In this document: piece by piece, positions 24,632 through 32,303 of the stretch
How the letters are laid out: every line of letters begins with the position of its first letter
Numbering within the stretch: position 1 is the first letter of the stretch
Assembly (NCBI GenBank): GCA_910592345.1
Contig: CAJVPI010000378.1
Span: 1-32,303, forward strand
Source: Paraglomus brasilianum
Lineage: Eukaryota
Length of the DNA stretch: 32,303 nt
Reading direction: 5' to 3'
Position numbers and translations under genes: made by a program
Notes under the pieces: generated by a model
What the model was told of the DNA's origin: nothing
Databases searched by the model: none
Seen by the model: only the letters and a program-made list of their open reading frames with translations

Positions 24632-26212
24632 TTACTCTTCATATTGGACCAGCACGCATTCCTCATAATAAGCAACTCCATCATTCGCCATGCCAGATGC
24701 GTCACAATTATTTCGACACGTAAAGACCATAATTGTACCCCACTCCATACCCAGATCAAACTGAGCAATCCCCATCCTCGTGTTCTGTCCTGGTCTAACA
24801 TCACAAACGGGATTGTCTACGAAATTACTCGTCTGCAATACGCACAAGGTATTAGGCATGAGTTGTAGCTCAAATACGCGTTGTCCTCCACAATAGGAAC
24901 ATACGGGAATACGATCATTTGTTGTTTCCAGCAAGTTGGAAGATGTCGACGACGTCTCAAGTAGAAGCGAGGCAATGGCATCGCTTTTGTTGTAGAGAAG
25001 AGGCTGGCCCCCAAAGTCGTACCTACAAACGGATCGATTGTTTACATCGTTACTCTGTAGTGAACCGCAGTAGCCAACAATTTAATATACAATAGTCGTT
25101 GCGATTACCGAACGCATTGATCAGACCATTCCGCAGCTCGCTCTGAAAATCCTTTGAATGCTCTATCGACGCCTTTCGGAAGAGTTGCCTTCTCATACTG
25201 CTCACCCGACCAATCGTCTTCTGTCCCATCAAGAAATTCACTCTCCATCGTCAAGTATTGATCGTACTTTTTCAACAATGGATCCGTGGTTTCTTCAAGA
25301 ATTTCTTCAGTAACATACAAACACTGGCCAGGGAAATGTCGAATATTATCAGACCAGGCTATTTGTTTTTCCGAAAAACCAGATATCATATAATTTATCC
25401 GTAAATAATGCACAGAGAGTAACAAACAGCAAAGACTCAACGCAAAAGGATGATTTCATTACATATGGATTTCGATGTTGATATAAAAGAATGTGGTTGA
25501 TTTATGCTTAGTTTCGCGAGGCCTTGCGATAGTGAATCAACGTTCGACATTGATAGCGTGTTTGTGTCATTTGGTATAGTTTTTGTCTTTAGTTGGCGTT
25601 GTTTTGCATACTCTTCATCGAATCTCTGGGCTCGGATTGCGCAAAAGCTTGAAATAATGCAAATCAATAAGTCACGGGTTTTTGCTCTCGCAAGTGATCT
25701 GAATTCTAGCTCTGTCTTTGCATTCATTCTCACCTGCCATCGCGCTTCATGCATCTCTGTCGGTTACATCCCCAGATGTAAATCACTCTTTCGTATGGTG
25801 AATCTTGTAGTGGTGCGTATCCTTGAAAAAGCAAAAACATTTGCTCATCGCAGTTCTTGCATATTATTACATGATCTGACACGGGACAAGACGGAAGTAA
25901 CCAATTCGGTACGCCTCCTATCTTTATAGCATATGGATCAACGTCTTCGTTAAGAGATAATTCCCCATCTGGAAGACCCAATAATACGGAAGTTACTTTC
26001 TTGACAGGTTTCTTTACTATCGTTTGCGTAGTTTTTTTTATCTTAGATGTAGCTTTAGGTTGTTGCTTCGGCTGTTGCTTAGGCTGCTGTTGTGCCTTTG
26101 TCTTTGACGTGTTTGACGGCTTGAATTGTATGTCTCGAGAATTTTGGTTGTTCGCTCTGCTAGTACGTGAATTTCTTGTAGACTTTCTTTGGCCTTTCCG
26201 TTTGTTCTCCAT
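24632..26212 (-). CDS. TSR4: Tsr4/PDCD2L ribosomal-protein chaperone (PDCD2_C domain); exons 26212-25734, 25647-25463, 25358-25109, 25022-24632
   Basis: VLLGLPDG, KIGGVPNWL, CKNC..MFLLFQGYAPL..YERVIYIWGCN, QCVRYDFGGQPLLY, IPVCSYCGGQRVFELQLMP, MEWGTIMVFTC, final EECVLVQYEE. Confidence 0.9.
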
Positions 26213-26644
26213 TGTGCAGACGTTAAAATTATTTGTAACGGGTGAGAATTTAGTTATTATTATCTGACGAGGTCTAACCTACAATTACTTGAACATTCCA
26301 GCCAATTTGAAATTTTTTTGATCACACGTGAGAGATGGATGTGAGATTAATTTAAATTTTTATTTTCGTGTTACACACGTTCTTCTATCCTTTCGATGTC
26401 TCTTTCGTGTTGGATATTAAAACACACTCTGATTAAGTTATCCAAAAAATTGAAGCGAAACTTATTGTCCATAAATATTACATAATTATAACATGAAAAA
26501 AACCGATATAGACTTTTGAAAAGCCCAAATCTTGGGCATCAATGTAAAGTGAATCAAATACAAAAGTGTCTACCAGTTTCGTTTTTAACATTCTAAGGGA
26601 GAAATTTTCTAAATATTATAATCTCTTTAGCTTTATATTAATTA

Positions 26645-29052
26645 CTATAAAATGATAGGGAAAACCAATGTAATAAGAGTCAAAGCAAGAGCAGACCAGG
26701 AGCTCAATATATTCGGCAAACTAGCCGTGCTTGGGGGACCGGGAGGGGTGGTGCCGTTACATGGGCCAGCTCCGTCGGTGACTATTTGAGGGAAGATTGA
26801 TTGTGAATCACCAAATATATCAGTCGGATCGACTTGCCCTTTTATAATCTTTAAGCGAGCCTCATTGTCCCCATAATAAGATGTAGTTGCATTTTTCAGA
26901 TCCGCATCAACATAACCCTACAATGAAAGAAATAAATGATTAGGTACGAATATCCGCAAACATTGAACAACATTACTTCACTATAATATCTTACATTATA
27001 CGAATATGTGGTGGCGAAAATCCTGATTTCAGTGTCCCAACGATTAATCCAGGTAATGGCTTGTGCGTCTGCAGTGGCATCACCATTAAGTATAACAGTG
27101 ACCACAACGTGAAGCGTCCATTTTCTGTGGAAGTAGGCTGTCAAGTTCGTAACTTGAGTTGCAAGAATGCCGCCAAGACCGAAGAATTCGACTTTGGCTC
27201 CAGCCGGTGCAGACTGAAGCAATGTTGTGATACTAGTAGATTGCTCCACGGTGAATGGCGCGTTGAAGAATATCGATTTGGCTTTGGCATTTTCACGAGG
27301 TGTCTGAGGAGCTGGTGCAATATTCGGCAGGACGCCTGCAGTAACAGTAGCTCCAGCAACAGCGCCAACAATTGGAGCAAACGGATCAGTACCAACGTTA
27401 AGTAGTCCGTTATTTTTACATGTGAGATCTCCAAGGAAAAACGATCTTGATAGCAAAGATGGGCATGCTTTCAGGATTGGGTTCTTATTGGGAATAGTAA
27501 CTAGACCGCTTCCACCAAGTATAGGAGTTGCTGCTTTCACGGTTCCAATATAATGTCCACGGAATTGAAGAATGCCACCAGCAAAACCCAAAAAACTTGT
27601 AATTTCACCCGCAGCCGTTGCACTCCATTCTGAATAGGTTTTAATCACAGTTGCTGCTGACGTAAAGTCATAGTCGTAGCTGAATACTGTACTATCTGCC
27701 CAAGTGGCCTGCAACTGTATCTTTAATTGTGTAATTATACCGTACGTGCCTCCTCCACCTCCTCTGATTGCCCAAAAAATGTCGGCATTCTCTGTCGCAC
27801 TAACACTCAGTGCATTTCCATGAACGTCGACAATAACGGCCCCGATTATTAAATCTGCCGTAATACCATATTTCCTAGTACCGAGTCCATAACCGCCGGA
27901 AGAAATTAGTCCAGAAATACCAATTGTGGGAACGAATGGTCCTGGAATGGTAAACCCAAGTTTTTCCAAAATAAGATATAGAGTACCAAGGCGTATTCCT
28001 CCTCCAACAACCGCAATGGAAGTGGCTGTATCCACAGAAACATAGGCAATACGACTCAGATCGATAACGATTGAATCCGTCAGTGATGAATATTCCTCAT
28101 AACTGTGACCACCAGAACGGGGAACCGGCTTTAATTTAAATGCGACCGAGCAATCTACGAGAGCAGCTACTTGAGAAGTATTAAATGCGAATGCAATCGC
28201 GTATGGGTATGTTTGAATGCGGATGTTTTCTCCAAAGCGGTAATTATTGTAATTAGAATCGTTGGCTGACTTGAGGATAATTTGTGCACCAGTAGCGTAG
28301 AGACAGTCGTCGACCTTGGAGTAGGAGCTAGCGGAAAAGCTCGCGACAATGGTATTGTCAACGACATCAGAGTTGATAATTATGCTGGTGGTAGTGCCAG
28401 AAATGATGGTAGTGACAGTGTTGCCTTGGCTCGTAGTAACGGTGGTCGTTGTAGAGGTCGAACCACCTCCACCTCCACCGCCACCTCCTCCAGTAGCTCC
28501 ACCGCCCCCTCCACCAGTAGCTCCACCTCCACCTCCTCCAGTAGCTCCACCTCCACCTCCTCCAGTAGCTCCACCTCCTCCTCCTCCAGTAGCTCCTCCT
28601 CCTCCTCCTCCAGTAGCTCCTCCTCCTCCTCCTCCAGTAGCTCCTCCTCCTCCTCCTCCTCCTCCTCCTCCAGTAGCTCCACCACCTCCTCCTCCAGAAC
28701 CTCCACCACCACTGCCAGAACCTCCACCACCACTGCCAGAACCTCCACCACCGCTGCCAGAACCTCCACCACCGCTGCCAGAACCTCCACCACCGCTGCC
28801 AGAACCTCCACTACCGCTGCCAGAACCTCCACTACCGCTGCCAGAACCTCCACTACCGCTGCCAGAACCACCAGGATGGTTATGCCTCTTTGTTAGCGCC
28901 TTACAAGACTTGGGTGGGTTCAATTCCCCTCTCGTAAACAGCAATCGAACATCAAAAGCTTCAGCAGTGGTAGACAGCAATAGGGGAACCATTACTGTCA
29001 TTACCACTATCCATGAGACGAACAGAAGGACAGTCTTTCGCGGCCTCGCCAT
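26645..29052 (-). CDS. Secreted BBE-like (VAO/PCMH-type, AA7-like) FAD-linked oxidoreductase with Gly-rich N-terminus and putative GPI signal; exons 29052-26995, 26917-26645
   Basis: Signal peptide; RSGGHSYEEYS, IVIDLS, GGYG..RKYGITAD, DIFWAIRGGGGGTYGII. Exon 2 gives the BBE tail YNGYVD...YYGDNEARLKIIKGQVDPTDIF, then ...PSTASLPNILSSWSALALTLITLVFPIIL*. Confidence 0.92.
28462..28872 (-). repeat. Coding minisatellite: 21-bp units (GSGSGGS/GSGGGGS) followed by 24-bp units (GGGGGGAT)
   Basis: On the plus strand, about 8 copies of ccagaacctccac(c/t)accgctg (~28693-28872) and about 8 copies of ccagtagctcc(a/t)cctcc... (~28466-28692). Confidence 0.95.
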
Positions 29053-29850
29053 TATCTATAGTCCGTTAGTAAATAATATATAAACTAGGTAATAGCCGTG
29101 AAGACAGAGAATGCGAGAGGAGAGAAATCGATTATAAATAGTTTTTGATTGTTAATTAAGGTAGCACTCGGACGTTACAGTTTTTTCTTGTGATCCGGGT
29201 GTGCACAATGAATTGCAGGGACGTATTGGAAATTTAAGATACAATAGTCTTCGTTCTTCTTTTGCATTTTGTAATTGCTTCTTACACGATTGGAATAGTT
29301 CGGCTGAACGCAATCGACGGTTTTGGAGGGTTGCATGTTGCACCAGTTTGCTTGTGTTCAAGCATGCAGACAAGCGAGCCGCATCCTGAATTGTCGACAT
29401 TAATTCGGAGCTTAAAAAATTAGACTTAATCTTCAGGGTATCGAAACCGATGGGCAGGGGGGAAGGGACGGAAGTGGGTGGGATGGTGTGGAAGGGAACG
29501 AAGGGAACGAAAAGGGTTCGATGAAAAGCTGAGCGATGACGGAATAAGTTGAAAGCAGAAAATTATTAATGTCTTTATTTATTGTTTGTTATCTATATCA
29601 AACTATTTTGATTGGGAGGTTATCTCACATTGGTTAAGATATTTACTTGGACAAAAAAGGTTGTAATCAATAAGACTAAATGCTGTAGCGCTAATATTAG
29701 ATGTACGATCTGCGGGGTGACGTACACAAATGGATGAAAATAGATTAGTATACATTACTTTACAATGCCGTATATATTCATCCGGTGTAAATAGAATGTC
29801 TATATATGTACTTTCCCGTTTATATCTTTGTATATATAGATTGCACATAA

Positions 29851-29894
29851 ACATACTAATACTAAAGTATACATACTAATACTAAAATATACAT
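29851..29894 (+). repeat. 20-bp tandem duplication (2.2 copies)
   Basis: acatactaatactaaagtat acatactaatactaaaatat acat. Confidence 0.8.
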
Positions 29895-32303
29895 CCATGC
29901 ATATTTAAATTGATGAGTTGATAAGAAGGAAATGTGTTACTCACGATGGCACGGAAACCCAGTATCATCGGTTATTTGTAATTTACTTTTCGAGAATCAA
30001 CTAAATAGATAAAGAATGTATTTTAAATCCAGAAATGGTCTTAATATTATATCTAACGCCAAAAGTAGCTACCATCTGTGGCTATCAAGAAGAACTAGTC
30101 TTCAATAATATAGCCATAATAATATGCTGCAAAAAACTCCAAACATAGCATCACTGTACTGAAAATGTCATTACCATCAAGCGCCACAGATTCTTTCTAC
30201 TTTAACAGAGTTCGACTCGATAGACTTTTGTATTGTAGCATAGCGTACAAGTAATGGTAATTGTGATTTCTGAACGTTGTCTCCGCCCGTTTGGTCGAAG
30301 AATGTTGCCAGAATAAACAGCGATAACCATAGTGCAATAACATTGAAAAGTGGCCATTCTGAAAATAAATGACAACAAATGCGGCAATGATTGCATAGGC
30401 CATTAACCGCTATTCCTTACAGCTGCTATCATTAATTAATATCCTATCGATGTTATCAACTTTCATCCTTGCATTCGTCATCTTCGTAAGTTATACTTGT
30501 TCTTTCTTTCCCATCAATCCTGCCGCTCTGTCTTTTCCGTTGTTTTACTTGCGTATTACAGCAGCTTTGCCTAACTTGCGAATTTCAAATGCCGTCCATC
30601 AAATGAAAATTCTGGTATTCTAAAAAGAATTCGTTTGTGATGTACGAAAATTGTTATACTTGTTCCAAATATATCTATTGTATTATGGTTGATTTTCTAA
30701 GAGTCAGTGAATTAGTGTTTATCGGTTGTTCGCGTCTTTTATTAGGCATCAGTTATCATCGGTTACACTCTGGGAACCATAGAAATTTGTGAAAGAATTC
30801 TAATACGGTATGTAAAGTCCCCTATAAGGTAGCTATCTAATGGTAAAGTGGACCTATGCCAAAGAATGCAGCAATAATTCGAATTTTTTATTCCGGAAAG
30901 TGAAAACATGGCAATAAAAATGGAGTATCAGAGTGATTATATGAGAGGAAAATATCTCGATCCCAAAGCCATTAACGAGATAACTGTCTCTTTACAAATC
31001 CAGGACTTCTACCACTATAATTATCATCATCGTTATTATTATCGATAATAATATCGCTGCTAAAATTTTACCGTTCTTATTTCTTTGCCGTTTCTCAATC
31101 ACTCCCATCGTTTAATCGCTTCTCTGATTTTTTTCGCCCATGGTGTTGTTTTTCTTTACGAGTAGCGTAGTGTGCTTAAACGTATGAAAAATTTTCACAT
31201 TCCAGTTCGCCAATTTGGTGTAACTCTGCATTTTTACTTCATAGCTAAAGATTTGTCTCAACCCATTTACAGTACATGAGTAGCGTTGTTATTGATACTT
31301 GAGAACAAGCAATTTGTTTGTTTGTCAATGTAGTTCTCGTGATTTAGTAAAACATTCCCATTAAGATTAAAGACTAACAAAGCTTGAATGGATATGATTC
31401 ATAAATTTGCGAAAATATCGTGAATAGAGGAAATCTGCATCTATCCAGGGTCAGATTGTTTCTTGTATTTAAACGCCAATAATACATTATTTTTTACTCT
31501 TGAAACTCTATAAGAACTAAAGAAGAATTCCCATTCTTAAAGTTAGCAATTTATGAATAAGCGTGTATGACTCAATTGTGAACGAACATCCTCTTCTTCC
31601 TGTTCTCCGTCGTACTGACATCACTAGGCCAGTAACAGTACTTGAATATGTTGTTTTCTTCCGCATAACGTAGAATTTAACTTTATGCAATTTCGCGAAC
31701 CCTTTCTTGTTGCACTAGCGGAGTTTTTGCGCTTACTTACGCTTCTCGACCACTGCTAGGCTCCAACTTCAACAAACGTATATTACTTGCTAGGAAACAT
31801 ATAAGCTACAGTATTAACATATTTCTTGGGAGCTTTCTTGCATATCGTGTTACTCTGGTATTTGTAATGTGCAAGTTTTGATACATACGAAGGCTTGTAA
31901 ATTAGGTGACGCTTTATCTATCCAATTTTTCCTTAACCGATTCTAATGAAAATAATCCGAATAATTAATCTCTCGAATCAGCACGTTGTCGCTGTATTTT
32001 GTCAGTCTTTGTTGTAATATGAGGAAGATTTATAGCTACAATTATTTTGGGAGAAAGACGCGATATACCAAGGCCAACTTGGCTAAATTTTTGAGCTTTG
32101 ACTTTTTATATCCTTCATAGTAAATTGATCTCACAAAATATGTTGAGCTAATTCTCTAATAGTTTCTACTAAGTTTTGCACGTTTTGAAAAGGTGAGATT
32201 TATTTGGCTAAACCTCGGATACGATGTACAGTGTGTAACAAAAAAAACCGGATATTTTTTTATACGACGTAAACGCGTCTTACGCGTTTGTTTCTTGTCC
32301 GAT

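Noticed and set aside
28282..29083. Pro-rich (244 aa), Ser-rich (204 aa) and Glu/Val-rich (163 aa) ORFs
   Set aside because: They are antisense or alternate-frame shadows of the Gly-coding minisatellite in the oxidase gene.
31034..31053. 20-bp perfect palindrome tattattatcgataataata
   Set aside because: It is made of TTA/TAA low-complexity arms and likely arose by chance.
31927..32115. U12-type branch (ttttccttaac, 31927) and donor-like (atatcctt, 32108) motifs
   Set aside because: They are in the wrong order for one intron, there is no acceptor at the expected distance, and no convincing host exons.
32271..32289. Hairpin aaacgcgt-ctt-acgcgttt as a possible Helitron 3' end
   Set aside because: No CTRR terminus is visible before the window ends and there is no other Helitron evidence.

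Overview
AT-rich, intron-containing eukaryotic DNA, most likely from an early-diverging fungus (Mucoromycota, probably Glomeromycotina, judging from the TKL kinase with HRDLHSKN/DLG motifs and a Crinkler-like relic; the taxon is inferred). I reconstructed nine apparently intact spliced genes by hand from GT-AG sites and frame continuity: a CAT-family amino-acid permease (-), a TKL kinase with an unrecognised C-terminal extension (-), a type II membrane GT-A glycosyltransferase-like protein fused to a discoidin/F5-8C domain (+), a Bur1/Cdk9 kinase with a long Arg-Asp repeat tail (-), ER cyclophilin B (-), a MAPEG protein (+), an NmrA-like protein with a large insert and Cys-rich tail (+), Tsr4/PDCD2L (-), and a secreted, probably GPI-anchored BBE-like flavoprotein with a ~135-aa glycine-rich N-terminus (-). 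Also present: a decayed nuclease-like/kinase pseudogene inside a ~1 kb stretch with no CpG, a ~460-bp foldback/MITE with ~170-bp inverted arms, an orphan exon-like segment between BUR1 and cyclophilin, and microsatellites. I found no rRNA, tRNA or CRISPR array and no multi-gene novel system; the best leads are unusual single-protein architectures. All family assignments are from motif recognition, not database searches.
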